Positions 23,735 through 36,405 of a DNA stretch of 64,000 bases are shown here, piece by piece. Numbering within the stretch: position 1 is the stretch's first letter; each line of letters begins with the position of its first letter. This DNA is from Chiloscyllium plagiosum. Taxonomy: Eukaryota. The DNA lies in NCBI RefSeq assembly GCF_004010195.1, contig NC_057757.1:7021402-7085401 (forward strand), given 5' to 3'. The notes under the pieces were generated by a model. That model searched no databases, was not told where the DNA came from, and saw nothing but the letters and a program-made list of their open reading frames with translations. The translations under genes and the position numbers were made by a program.

Positions 23735-24790
23735 CCTGAGGGCATTGTTGCTAGGTTTGCCAATGACTGAAAGGGAGGTGGAAGGAGTTAGTGTTGAGGC
23801 AGTTGGGAGACTGCAGAATAACTTCAACTGGCTTGGATAGTGGGCAAAGAAGTGGCAGATGGAATACAATGTGGGGAAGTGTGAGGGTATGCACTTTGGT
23901 TGGAAGAATAGAGGCAGACACTATTTTCTAAACTGGGAAAGGCTTCAGAAATCTGAAGCATAAAGAGAGTTGGCAGTCCTGGTTCAGAATTCTGTTAAGG
24001 TTAACATTGTAGGTTCAGTTGGCAGTTAGGAAGGCAAACGCAATATTAGTATTCATTTTGAGGAGGTGAGAATGCAAGAGTAGAGATGTACTGCCGAGGT
24101 TGTGTAAGATTCTGCTCAGACCGTATTTAGAATATCGTGAGCATTTTTGGGCCCGATACGTAACGATGTGCTGGCATTGCAGGGAGTCCAAAGGAGATTT
24201 ACAAGAATGATACCAGGGGTGAAGGGTTTGTTACGAAGAGTTTTTGATGATAGGTTCTGGGTGTGTACTGGACAGAGTTTAGAAGGATGTGGGGGTGGGG
24301 GGAGGTGGGGAATCTCATTGAAACTTTCATAACTGAGAGGCCAGGACAGAGTGGAAGTGGAAATGATGTTTCCACTAGGAGAAAGTAGAACCCAAGGGCA
24401 CGGCCTCAGGGTGAAGGGGTGACCATTTGGAAGTGGTGAAAAAGCACACGACTCGAGGTTATAGTCCAACAGGTTTATTTGAAATCACAAGCTTTTGGAT
24501 CGACAAACCTTTGTCAGGTGCACCAGCCCAACATCAGCACCTCTACACCTTTGGAAGCGAGCTGAGGAATTTCGTCAACCAGAGGCTGGTGAACTTGTGG
24601 AATTCATTGCCACAGAAGGCTGTGGGGAGGGGGCAGGTCATTGAGTGTGCGTAAAACAGAAACAGACAGGTAAGAGGATCAAGGTTATGGGAGAGAATAG
24701 GGGTTGAGAAACATATCAACCATGACTGAGAGATAAAGCAGATTCAATGGGCTGAGTGGCTAATTCTGTTCCTATATCTTGTGGACTGTC
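23735..24790 (+). mobile_element. CR1 LINE fragment with a small family-2 Penelope insert (about 24437-24548)
   Basis: VARFAND, WAKKWQMEYN, VQRRFTRMIPG, LWNSLPQ remnants. Confidence 0.8.
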
Positions 24791-24919
24791 TGCACCATGT
24801 ATAAATCCACGCTATCTCCACCATGCTGTATCTCTGCCCACAGACACCAACAACACCCACTCCCTGTCAACCCAACCCTGCCTTCCTACCGCCAGTATGA
24901 AAGATGACGAACATCACAC

Positions 24920-25031
24920 CAGCACCGGAAGTATCGGCCGCCAGCATTAAAGATGGCGGTTCATATTGAAGATGAGCATGCGCACTGACGGGACATAATC
25001 CGGATGTGACGAACGAGGAGCTTCTGGAATC
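24920..25031 (+). promoter_or_regulatory. FIS1 core promoter/5'UTR with ETS/GABP, YY1 and NRF1-like motifs
   Basis: CCGGAAGT at 24925-24932, AAGATGGCGG at 24950-24959, GCATGCGCA at 24976-24984 and CCGGATGTG at 25000-25008. Locally CpG-rich and directly upstream of the ATG. Confidence 0.75.
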
Positions 25032-25076
25032 ATGGAGGCGATTGTAAACGAAACAATTTCACCAGAAGATCTAGTG
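25032..25076 (+). CDS. FIS1: Mitochondrial fission 1 protein, coding exon 1 (MEAIVNETISPEDLV)
   Basis: ATG at 25032; 45 nt, then a GTGAGG donor at 25077. The peptide resembles the human FIS1 N-terminus MEAVLNELVSVEDLL (recalled). Confidence 0.95.
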
Positions 25077-25235
25077 GTGAGGGAGGGACAGAGAGATATA
25101 TACACGGGGTGGGGGCGGCAGAGAGGGAGAGGGAGAGGGATAGAGATAGAGATAGAGATAGAGGGGTATAGAGAGAGGTGGGGTGGTGAGACACAGAGGG
25201 GTACAGAGACTGGGAGGGAGAGGGGGTGGGGAGAG

Positions 25236-25918
25236 NNNNNNNNNNNNNNNNNNNNNNNNNNNNNNNNNNNNNNNNNNNNNNNNNNNNNNNNNNNNNNNNN
25301 NNNNNNNNNNNNNNNNNNNNNNNNNNNNNNNNNNNNNNNNNNNNNNNNNNNNNNNNNNNNNNNNNNNNNNNNNNNNNNNNNNNNNNNNNNNNNNNNNNNN
25401 NNNNNNNNNNNNNNNNNNNNNNNNNNNNNNNNNNNNNNNNNNNNNNNNNNNNNNNNNNNNNNNNNNNNNNNNNNNNNNNNNNNNNNNNNNNNNNNNNNNN
25501 NNNNNNNNNNNNNNNNNNNNNNNNNNNNNNNNNNNNNNNNNNNNNNNNNNNNNNNNNNNNNNNNNNNNNNNNNNNNNNNNNNNNNNNNNNNNNNNNNNNN
25601 NNNNNNNNNNNNNNNNNNNNNNNNNNNNNNNNNNNNNNNNNNNNNNNNNNNNNNNNNNNNNNNNNNNNNNNNNNNNNNNNNNNNNNNNNNNNNNNNNNNN
25701 NNNNNNNNNNNNNNNNNNNNNNNNNNNNNNNNNNNNNNNNNNNNNNNNNNNNNNNNNNNNNNNNNNNNNNNNNNNNNNNNNNNNNNNNNNNNNNNNNNNN
25801 NNNNNNNNNNNNNNNNNNNNNNNNNNNNNNNNNNNNNNNNNNNNNNNNNNNNNNNNNNNNNNNNNNNNNNNNNNNNNNNNNNNNNNNNNNNNNNNNNNNN
25901 NNNNNNNNNNNNNNNNNN
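25236..25918. other. Assembly gap (N) in GA-rich FIS1 intron 1
   Basis: N run flanked by (GA)n low-complexity sequence. Confidence 1.
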
Positions 25919-26485
25919 AGAACAGTGAGTGGCGGGAGAATCAGAACATAAGTGGGGAAGGGAGAGAGAGAGAGAGAGAGACTGAGTGATTGAAGGTGAG
26001 AGAGAGAAGGGACAGAGTTGGTGGGGGCAAGGTGCAGTGAGTGGAGGCTAAGGGACAAAAAGACAGATGGAGAAGTAGAACAAGTGTGAGGGGAAAGAGA
26101 CAGAGAAGAAGTGGAGAGATAGTGACAGATTATTGGGGGGTGAGGTGGGAGAGAGAGGGAGAGAGAAATGGAGCAGGATAACAAGAACGAGCCAGAAGAC
26201 AAGAACTGGGTTTATCGAGAGAGAAAATGTCAATGAGTATGACAGAGCAAAAGAGACCCCACAGGGGTGGACATACAGAGAGGAATGCTAGTGGCAGTGA
26301 GGGGACAGACAGAAACTGGACTGGGGATGACAGAGGGGAAGGTGAGAGGGTCAGGAAGGAGCCTAGGACATCAGGCAGGTGTGAGAGGGAGGGAGAGAGA
26401 GAGAGAGAGAGAGAGGGGAAGGGGTGGACAGGGACAGGCAGGGCACTGCAGCTGCATGGTTACACCTTGTGTTTTCTCTTTGCAG

Positions 26486-26618
26486 AAGTTTGAGAAAAAG
26501 TACAATGCAGAGCAGAAACAGGGCGCACTGTCCCGAGCGACCCAGTTCGAGTACGCCTGGTGCTTAATCCGCAGCAGGTACTCTGCTGACATTGTGAAAG
26601 GAGTTGTCATTCTGGAAG
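26486..26618 (+). CDS. FIS1: FIS1 exon 2 (KFEKKYNAEQKQGALSRATQFEYAWCLIRSRYSADIVKGVVILE), TPR-like domain
   Basis: ttttctctttgcag acceptor, 133 nt, GTGAGT donor. Contains the FIS1 hallmark motif TQFEYAWCL.RS. Confidence 0.97.
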
Positions 26619-27020
26619 GTGAGTTGGAACTCTCTGCATCTAGAGCTGATCCTGTTTGGAGAGGGTGGTGTGTGGGGCTGGCAAAATGTGTACTCTGGTT
26701 GAAACTGCCGCGCTGGAGCTGCACTCTGCTCCAGTCTGGTCTCAGTCTCCCCCCTGCTGCCCCAGTCATTCTCAGTCTCTTGTCCCCCAATCCCCCTCAT
26801 GACTCGTGGTCTTGTCACCTCAGTCTGTTCTTCCCCTCCCCCACCCCCCTCCTCTGCCTGGTGGTCTTCCCTCAATCCCTTGACCCCTGAGTCGTCGTGT
26901 TGTGATGATAGATTGGCAATGCTCTGAAGTGAAGATGGTCGCATTGACTAATCTCACGCTCTCTCACTCTCTTATCATCCCCTCTCCCATCCTTCTCTCC
27001 CCAACCTTTCCTCCCAGCAG

Positions 27021-27097
27021 AGATTTACCCGACCGCAACTAAGGATGAGCAGCGAGATTACATCTTCTATTTGGCTGTGGGAAATTATCGGATGAAG
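27021..27097 (+). CDS. FIS1: FIS1 exon 3 (EIYPTATKDEQRDYIFYLAVGNYRMK)
   Basis: Pyrimidine tract plus cagcag acceptor, 77 nt, GTGAGT donor. Phase matches exon 2. EQRDY.FYLAVGNYR is the conserved FIS1 TPR motif. Confidence 0.96.
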
Positions 27098-27398
27098 GTG
27101 AGTGTGCAGATTTCAGTGCGTGCAGTTTTGGCTTTTGAGTGGTGGGGGAATTCCTTTTAATCTGGGAAAGTTGTTGAAAGGCTAATCCGTGAAATACCCC
27201 CCCCCCCGCCCCTGGGTGATCAAAAGGCATCTCCCTCCTTTCCTGTCCCCTCCCTCTGCTCCGCACCCATCTCCCTTGCCCCACTTCTACCCCCTATCTT
27301 CCCTTGATCCCATCTACCTCTCCTCTACCCCTCGCAGTGCCCATCCGCCCACCCAACCACCCTCGTTGCTCGTCTGATTGGCTGCTCTGTTTCCGCAG

Positions 27399-27504
27399 GA
27401 GTATGAAAAAGCGCTAAAGTTCATCCGGACTATGCTGAAGAACGAGCCAACCAATCAGCAGGGTTTGGAGCTGGAGAAACTCATCAATAAAAAGATGCAG
27501 AGAG
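27399..27504 (+). CDS. FIS1: FIS1 exon 4 (EYEKALKFIRTMLKNEPTNQQGLELEKLINKKMQR)
   Basis: ctctgtttccgcag acceptor, 106 nt, GTGAGA donor. In frame with exon 3; EYEKALK..EP.N.Q motif. Confidence 0.96.
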
Positions 27505-30229
27505 GTGAGAGCTGGGGGGCAGTGTGCCCGGATTGAACAGTGAAGCCAGATGAGACTGGTACACGGGGCAGAAGAGACTGAGCAGGCATCAGTGAGGGAG
27601 GTCCAGACTGGCAGAGACTGAATGGGCGTCAGTGAGGGAGGCTCAGACTGTCACAGGGAGCAGCTCAAAGACAATGGGCATTAGTGATGGCACGCTGATA
27701 TAGCAGGAACATTGTTTGCCAGACCCTGTTGGGTTTCTCAGGCACTGTGTTGGTTTTTTTTTAAAAACATCCAGGTCCACCCCTCTCCTGCATCTTCTTT
27801 AGAATTGCATCTTATTTTATGTTGTGTTCCAATCAAAATGAATTGCTTAACTCTAACTTAAGTTTCTGCCACGTGTTCACCAGCCCATGTTCTTTTGCAG
27901 TCTTGACACTGTGCACCTCGCAGTTTGCTAGACTTCCGGGTTTTATCAGCTGTACATTTTGATGTTGGGGACCCTGTACACTGAGCTTCTCTGAGTGGTC
28001 CACATTGAGATGTTTATAAAAAATGAGGGGTGTGGATAAGTTGCACATCAAAGCTGTTTTCCCTCGGGTAGGGCAGTCCAAAGCTGGAGGCCGTGGGTTT
28101 AAGGTGAGAGTGGAAAGGTTGGAAATGGACCCAAGAGGCAACTTTTTCACACTCTTTAGGGTGGCACGTATGTGGAATTAGCTACCAGAGGAAGTGGTAG
28201 AGCGGGGTACAATTACAACATTTCAAAGACATTCGGTCAGGAACGTTGATGGGAACAATTATGGGCCCAGCACAGGCAAATGGGAACCAAACAAAGTGCA
28301 GATGCTGCAAGTCAGAAACACAAACAGAAACTGTTGGAAAAGTTCAGCAGGTCTGGCATCATCTATTGGGAATGGTCAGAGTTAACTTTTCAGTTCTGAG
28401 GAAGGGTCACCCGACCGGAAACATTAACTCTGATTTCTCTCCACAGATGCTGCCGGACCTGCTGAGACTTTCCAGCACTTTGTTTTTGTTGGGGCAGGCA
28501 AGTTCAGGCGAGTCTAGCTTAGGAAACCTGGTCAGCACAAATGAAGGGTCTGTTTCTATTCAGTGCACCTCTGTGATTCTATGACTCTAGAAACTACAAT
28601 ACCACCTCTTTCTTGTAAATCTCTTCTGTACCGCTCCTAAAATGTTTGTGGTCGGGCTTAATCTGCAATGCTTGGAGCTGAGCGCTGTTCTCCAGCAGGT
28701 GGCTGGCAGCTGCCTTGTATCCGTTTGTGGTTTATAATATTAGCACAACTTCCCTGCCTTGTACTTCATTCCTCTCAACCAAGCCCAGGCTCCTAACTAT
28801 GTTATGAGCTGTCTTGTTAATCACTGCTACTACCTTGGAAGGTTCTCGCACAGATGCTCCAGGGTATACTGTTTTTACGCTCAATTTGATTTTTAAAATT
28901 CTCACCCTTGTGTTCAAATCCTCGTCCCTCCCTGTTTGTTTAAACTCCTCCACACCCTGACCATGTGATTGGATGTTGCCCTTATTTTACCCAGGTGTTC
29001 CTGGCTTCTACATGTTTAAAAATGTATAGTTTTTATTGCGTGCAGTGGCAGCCCATGGGCAGTGCCAGCTGTCCCTTTACCAGAAGGATGTGGATGCTTT
29101 GAAAAGGTTGATCATGGTGTTGCCTGGTATGGGGGATTTTAGTGATGAAGAAAGTTTGGATAGACTGGCCTTGTTTTCACTGGAACGCAGGAGGCTGAGG
29201 GACGAACTGATAGATGTTTATAACATTGTAAATGGCATGGATAGAGTGGAAAGTATCAGGCTTTTTCCCAGGGTGGAGGGGTCAATTACTCGAGTGCCCG
29301 GAACGTGCTGCCCTTGGAGGTGGTGGGAGCAGACCAATAGCAGCTTTTAAGAAGCACCTGGCCGAATGCCTGAATAGGAAAGGGAATCGTGGGATACGGA
29401 TCCTGTGAGTGAAGACAGTTGTAATATGGAAGGGCAAAATGTGAACTGCATACAATGCTCCAGCTGTGTCTAAACCAAAGTTCTGTTCAGCTTTAATATA
29501 ATCTCCCTTTTATAATCTGTGCATTGACTGATAAAGGGAAGTCTTTTTAGCCAACCTCTGAACCTTCAGGATTTGTGGGCAAGCACTCCAAGATTCCTCT
29601 GAGCTTCCTGGTGCCCTAATATTCATTTGAATGCTCCCTTGTCTTGTTACAGAGAGATCTGGGTCTTTGAGTGCATGGAATCCCTACAGTCATAAGCAGG
29701 CCATTCGACCCATCAAATCAACACCAACCCTCTGAAGAGTATCTCCACCTCCCTCCCCCCCCCCCCCCCCCCCCACCCACCACCACCAAATCCCTGTAAC
29801 CCTGCATTTCCCATGGCTCATCCACCACATTTGCATGTCCTTTGGATGCTTTTGGGCAATTTTAGCGTGTCCAATTCATCCTAACCTGCACATCCTTTGG
29901 CCTGTGTGGGGGAAACCGGAGTACCCAGAGGAAACCCACGCAGACACGGGGAGAATATGCAAGCTCCACACACACAGTCACCTGAGGCTGGAATCAAACC
30001 CTGGTCCCTGGTGCTGTGAGGCAGCAGTGCTAACCACTGAGCCACCATTTATTCTTCACGAAGGGAGGGACATGGGTACAGGAAGTACTCAGGAAGGCTA
30101 ACAGAATATTGTAATTTATTGAGAGAGAAATTGAACACAAATGGGGGGATTATTCTTCAGTTCTGCAAGACCACATCTGCAGTATTGTCTAAGCATTGGT
30201 CCCCTTATTGAAGGGAAGATATAAACGTA

Positions 30230-31250
30230 TTAGACAATAGGTGCAGGAGTAGGCCATTTGCCCCTTCGAGCCAGTACCACCATTCGTCATGATCATGGCT
30301 GATCATCCACAATCAGTATCCTGTTCCTGCCTTATCCCCATAACCCTTGATTCCACTATCTTTAAGAGCTCGATCCATCTCTTTCTTGGAAGTATCCAGA
30401 GACTTGGCCTCCACTGCCTTCTGGGGCAGAGCATTCCATACACCCACCACTCTCTGGGTGAAGACATTTCTCCTCAACTCTGTTCTAAATGGCCTACCCC
30501 TTATTTTTAAACCATGTCCTCTGGTTCTGGACTCACCCATCAGCAGAAACATGTTTCCTGCCTCCAGAGTGTCCAATGCTTTAATAATCTTATATGTCTC
30601 AATCAGATCCCCTCTCATTCAACTAAACTCGTGTATACAAGCTCAGTCACTCCAAGCTTTCAACATATGACAGTCCCGCCATTCTGGGAATTGACCTCGT
30701 GAAATTATGCTGTGCTCCCTCAATAGCCAGAATGTCCTCCTTCAAATTTGGAGACCAAAACTGCACACAATACTCCAGGTGCGGTCTCACCAGCACCCTG
30801 TACAGCTACAGAAGGACCTCTTTGCTCCTATACTCAATCCCTCTTATTATGAAGGCCAGTATGCTATTAGCTTTCTTCACTGCCTGCTGTACCTGCATGC
30901 TTGCTTTCATTGACTGATGTACAAGAACACCTAGATCTTGTTGTACTGCCCCTTTACCTAACTTGACTCCATTTAGATAGTAATCTGCCTTCCTGTTCTT
31001 GCCACCAAAATGGACAACCACGCATTTATCCATATTAAACTGCATCTGCCAGGCATCCGTCCACTCACCTAGCCTGTCCAAGTCACCCTCTATTCTTATA
31101 ACATCCTCCTCACATTTCACCTGCCACCCAGCTTTGTGTCATCAGCAAATTTGCTAATATTACTTTCAATACCTTCACCTATATCACTAATGTATATTGT
31201 AAACAGCTGCGGTCCCAGCACCAAACCTTGTGGTACCCCACTGGTCACCG
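30230..31250 (-). mobile_element. CR1 LINE 3' kilobase in FIS1 intron 4, inserted in an older CR1
   Basis: [47 protein letters not shown] motifs. Confidence 0.92.
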
Positions 31251-31895
31251 CCTGAAGGATTGGAAGCAGTTCAGGGCAAGTTTCCAAGTCGAATACTTGG
31301 AACAGATGTGTTATCTTACATGGAAAAGTTGGATAGGATGGGCCTGTTGTTGGGTTTAGAGAGTAAGAGAAAGGCTCAATGTGGAAAGAATTTTCCTCTT
31401 GTGGGAAAGTGTAGGACTCAAGGTCACTGTTTAAAACTGATTAAATTTGATTTGATTTTTTTTGTCACGTAGCTAGTGATAAGTCTTGTTTTGCGTGCAA
31501 TACAGGCCGGTCATACCATGCAAAGTACATTAGAACAGAGTGAGGAATACAATGTTACAGCAGGGAAGGTGCACACAGAGCGAGATCGACACTGAAATGA
31601 TTCGCCTACTGGAGAGAGGGATGAGGAGAGATTTTCCCCCTCGGAATCTTTCAAACTCTCTTCCTCATAAGGGTGCGGGAGCAGAGTCTTTGAATCTGTT
31701 TAAGGTGGAGATGGATTGGTTCTTGATCAGCAGTGGAGGGATGCAGGGGGTGTTGGGGTGAAGGCTTATCAGAGGGTGGCCATGATCTTACTGCGTGGCG
31801 GAGTGGACATGAAGGGCCGAATAGCCTGCTGCTTGTTGACACGGTCTTCGCTCTGCACACCTGGACTGACCCCTGCTGTCTCTTGGTCTCCACAG

Positions 31896-31993
31896 ATGGC
31901 CTCCTCGGCATGGCGATCGTTGGGGGAGCTATCGTGGGATTGGCTGGAATGGCAGGCCTGATTGGCTTGGCTGTCAGCAAGGGTAAATCGTGA
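31896..31993 (+). CDS. FIS1: FIS1 exon 5: tail-anchor transmembrane helix and basic C-terminus (DGLLGMAIVGGAIVGLAGMAGLIGLAVSKGKS*)
   Basis: tctcttggtctccacag acceptor and TGA at 31991-31993. Exon lengths sum to 45+133+77+106+98=459 nt, i.e. 152 aa plus stop. Confidence 0.97.
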
Positions 31994-32272
31994 CCAGTGA
32001 CGATGAAGATCGTGTGCGTGTGTGTGGGTGGGTGTCTCGCTGATGTTTAACGATCACCTCAACCTTTAACAATGAAGTCAAATGCACAGACTGGCTGCCT
32101 GATTTTCTAGTCTCTGTCCCGGAGCCTGGATTCAGATGATTGTTGTGTTGCATGTTTCGTAGATGACATTTTTTTCTAATATTCTATCTGTTTTGATTCC
32201 TTCCTGGAACATGTGTTCAGGTAGCCTTCAAAGCAAACTGGACTAAACATTGTACATACTGCTTTCTAAAAT

Positions 32273-32278
32273 AATAAA
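32273..32278 (+). terminator. FIS1: Probable FIS1 polyadenylation signal (AATAAA)
   Basis: AATAAA about 280 nt after the stop, at the end of a unique AT-rich 3'UTR-like stretch. Confidence 0.6.
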
Positions 32279-33559
32279 TACCAGCCAAACCTGTAGAATT
32301 TCGATAAATGTGTCAGAGAGAAGCCTGATGTCCAAAATTAAACTCCCTCTAGATTGCCCTGGGTGTGTGTGTGTAATGAGGGCAAGGTACACCACAGGGT
32401 TAGATACGCAGTAAAGCTCACCCTACACTCTTAAACCGCAAGTAAGGCAAACTCAGCACGATCTCCATCAAACGCTTCTGGGATATGTACAACACAGGGT
32501 TCAATACAGAGCTTCCTTTGAACGTAAGGAAGTAAAACTACACTTTGTCCCTAGCAAACACTCCCAGGGCAGGTCATGTGTTTGAGGGATGTTGTGGAAC
32601 TGAGGGATCAGGTGAGAAATACAAACTAGGAAATGCTGCAGAAACGAGAGCATGTGTGAAGCGAGTGCGTGCTTCAATTCTGATATGAAGAGCCAGAGTA
32701 GACTAGAAGCTTTAACCGTTTCTCTGTCCACAAATGCAGCCAGACCTGCTGAGTTTCTCCAGCACTCTTCAGTTTTTGTTTCAGATCTCCGTCATCTGGC
32801 GAAAAGGTGGGTTACTGACAAAGGGTGATTGTATTGAGAGATTGGGTTACGTGGGATTCAAAGATGTATTGGGGAATTAAATGAGGGATGTACATTGGGA
32901 ATTGACACAGTACGTGTGAAGGCGGTTTGGGGGGTTTGATGGTGTTGAGGGGCATTGCTGGATATCTTGAAGAGTGTATGGATAAATGCAGAGGAGAATT
33001 GGAATTAGCTTTATTGTCACATGTACTCAAACGAGTACCATGAAAAGTGTACAAGTTGCCACTTACGGCACCATCTTCGGTAAAAAGGTCCCTCGGTACT
33101 GTTTTTCAGTTACTGTTCTTGGAAAAATAGAGAAGTAAAAAAGTCCAGCTTGTAGGTTTTCGGAATAAATTAAATGGTGGAGAAAAAGACTGAGGGAAGC
33201 ACATGATTGCGGTGTATCAAATTGAGGGGCATAGACAGTAACGTTTCCTCTTGGCAGAGGGTTCAATGATCAAGGGGGCATACATTTAAGTTTAAGGGAC
33301 AGGAGGTTTAAAAGGGTGTGTGAGGAAACTCTTTCTCAAGAGGTTGGTGGGAGTCTGGAACTCACTGCCTGTAAGGGCGGTCGAGGCAGAACTCCTCGTA
33401 ACATTGAAGAAGCATTTAGATTTGCATGTGTGATGCTAGTGCGTGCAAGGCTACGGACCAAATGCTGGGAAATGGGATCAGAATTGTTAGACGCGTACTT
33501 GATGGGCCAAAGAGCCTTTTTTTTACGCTGTAGATGTTTAGGATGTTGCAGTAGGCACC

Positions 33560-33692
33560 TGTATTTCTGATGAAGGGCTTTTGCCCGAAACGTCGATTTT
33601 ACTGCTCCTCGGATGCTGCCTGAACTGCTGTGCTCTTCCAGCACCACTAATCCAGAATCTGGTTTCCAGCATCTGCAGTCATTGTTTTTACC
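33560..33692 (+). mobile_element. Penelope family-1 pseudo-LTR fragment with an intact minimal hammerhead core
   Basis: CTGATGA-A-GGGC-TTTT-GCCC-GAAA-CGTC at 33567-33594. Confidence 0.8.
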
Positions 33693-36039
33693 TAATTGGT
33701 GGTTAGCTGAGATTGTAGAATGAGAAATCAGAGTCCTTCTAACTTGTTGAGTCTGTGCTGGTTCCCTCAAAAGCAATCCAGCAAGTCGTCTTTCCATGCC
33801 ATCCTTCACTATTGTTTATGCTTCATGGGCCTGTCTAACTCTGTTTTCAAATTATGGTTGATTCTGCCTCTGTCAGGCTCTCAGACACTGTTGTCAGTCA
33901 TTTCTTCTTGCTGCCTTTAGTTGTTCTACCATAAATCACCTTATATCATTGTCCTCTGGTTCTAGACTTTCCACTAATGTCAACAGTTTCTTCCCCCACT
34001 ACTTTTGCCGAAGCTGCCCAGATCTTTTATCAAGTTCCTTCAAATGTGCAGTCAATGCTGTGGTGATCTCAGGAAGTTGTGCACGTGTTTCACTCAGCTG
34101 ACTGCCATCTCCAGGGGCTTCGAAGGAATGGATCTACTGTTCCATGTGACTCAAGGTCCAAGCCTAGGGAGTGAAAAAAGAAGTGAGAAATTTGAAATAT
34201 TTATATGCTGAGTTGGACTGAAAATGTGACTTCATGTTTAGGGATAAATGCAAATGCTGGTAATCTCATGAGATAGTGTTTGCTCTGCCTATTATTCTAA
34301 CTGTAATTAACAATTCGTACGGACTTTAATTAGCCTGTTGATTCTTGTTTGACTTACAGGAATTCTGGTGTTTAAAATAAAAGGTACGAAAAGTGAAATC
34401 TTGCTGGCAATTTTTTAATCGGGGATTCTCTATTCATAGTCATAAAGCACAGAAACAAAACCCTCAACTTATCCGTGTTGACCATTTTCCCAAACTAAAA
34501 CTCGTTCTATCTGCCTGCGTTTGGCCCATATCCCGCCAACCCTATTCTATTGATGTACTTATCCAGACGTAACTGTACTTGTGTCCATTGCTTCCTCTGA
34601 CCATTCATTCCACACACTGACCACTATATATTTTTTAAAAACCGCCCCCATGTCCTTTTTATATCTTTCTATTCTCATCTTTAAAAGTATTCCCCCTAGT
34701 TTTGAACTGCCTCCTCATAGGGAAAAGACCTGTTCACTCTGTCTATGCCTGTTATGATTTTGTAAAACCTCTAGAAGGTCACCCCTCAAGCTCCAGCTCC
34801 AGTGAAAAGAGTCCCAATCTGACCAGACTATATTTATAACTCTGTCCTCAGCAACATCCTGGTAAATCTTTTTTGAGCCCTGTCCAGTTTAATAATATCC
34901 TTCCTATAGCAGGGTGACCAGAACTATACACTACTCCAGAAGAAGTCTCTCTGATGTCCTGTACAACTTCAACATGATGTTCCAACTCCTATCCTCAAAG
35001 GTCTGAGCAATGTTCTACAACACTATCCATAGCTCTACCATTAATTGTTCATGTCCTATGTTTGTTTGACCAAACTACAATACCTTGCATTTATACAAGT
35101 TAAGCTCCCATCTGCCACTCAGCCCATGACCCAATTGATTAGATTCCCTACAGTGTGGAAACAGGTACTTCGGCCCAACCAGTCCACACCGACCCTCCGA
35201 AGAGTAACCCACCCAGACCCATTTCCCTCTGACTAACGCACCGAACTTATGGGCAGTTTAGCATGGCCAATCTACCTGACCTGCACATCTTTGGACAGTG
35301 GGAGGAAACTGGATCACCTGGAGGAAACCCACCCAGACATAGGGAGAATGTGCAAACTCGACACAGATAGTTGCCCGAGGCTGGAATCGAAACTGGGACC
35401 CTGGTGCTATGAGGTAGCAGTGCTAACCACTGTGCCGCCCATTGATCGAAATCTCCTTGTAAACTTCGACAATCAAAGTTTGCGTAAAGATTTGTAGCTC
35501 AAGTGGCAATTGTCAGAGAATTTCTCGAAGAATGACACTCATCCACGGATTCCATCAACAAACAGCCACTATACTGGTCACTGCAGCGAACAACTGGAAG
35601 CAGCAGGAATGGAGCCAATTAAATTCCAGAAGAGAGAGTGCTGCAAATTAACTTCCCAGCTCGGCGAACATACCATACCCACGACAATCCTAGATAATCT
35701 TTGTTGTCCACCAGCAATTCGGTGTCATTCTCACAACCTTACTAACCATGCCTCCCTATACTGTCATCTAAATCATGTATATCAATGACAACCAAAAGGT
35801 GGACCCAGTCCTGATTCCTGGGGTTGTTTAGTAATATTGGTTTATGGCTCCCTCAGAGTAATTAACTAGTATTTTAGAATGAGATTATAGTTCCTTATGT
35901 TTGTGTGCTATTTATAAAACCCTTGTAAAGCATTCGTAGCCATTTTAAGCATTTTCTCAACCAATGTGTCACAATTCTGCTCATACGCGCCTCGCTTTCT
36001 GTATTCCTTCGCCACCTTTCCAATCAAACCTTCTATCTT

Positions 36040-36405
36040 GGGCAACACGGTGGCTCAGTGGTTAGCGCTGCTGCCTCATAGTGCCAGAGACCCGGGTTCA
36101 ATTCCCGCCTCAGGCAACTGTCTGTGCGGAGTTTGCACATTCTCCCCGTGTCTGCGTGGGTTTCCTCTGGGTGCTCTGGTTTCCTCCCACAGTCTGAAAA
36201 TGTGCAGGTTAGGTAAATTGGCCATGCTAAATTGCCCGTAGTGTTAGGTGAAGGGGTAAATGTAGGGGAATGGGTATGGGTGGGTTGCTCTTCGGAGGGT
36301 TAGTGTGGACTTGTTGGGCCGAAGGGTCTGTTTCCACGCTGTAAGTAATCTAATCTAATCTTGCTGGGTTTCCACGCTGTAAGTAATCTAATCTAATCTT
36401 GCTGG
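36040..36405 (+). mobile_element. Well-preserved HE1/V-SINE-like SINE with duplicated 3' tail
   Basis: A box tggctcagtgg, B box gggttcaattccc; tail gtttccacgctgtaagtaatctaatctaatcttgctgg present twice. Confidence 0.88.

Noticed and set aside
25030..26202. Long ORFs (241-390 aa) around FIS1 intron 1
   Set aside because: They run through an N gap and GA-rich low-complexity sequence; only 25032-25076 is real coding sequence.
28692..28705. CTCF-like core CCAGCAGGTGGC in FIS1 intron 4
   Set aside because: A single motif match in 64 kb without supporting context.
31991..32050. Stop-codon readthrough of FIS1
   Set aside because: The context is TGA-CCAG, not the TGA-CTAG readthrough motif, and the extension is not recognisable.
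36040..36110. tRNA gene
   Set aside because: The A/B boxes belong to a tRNA-derived SINE head that continues into the SINE core and tail; no complete cloverleaf.
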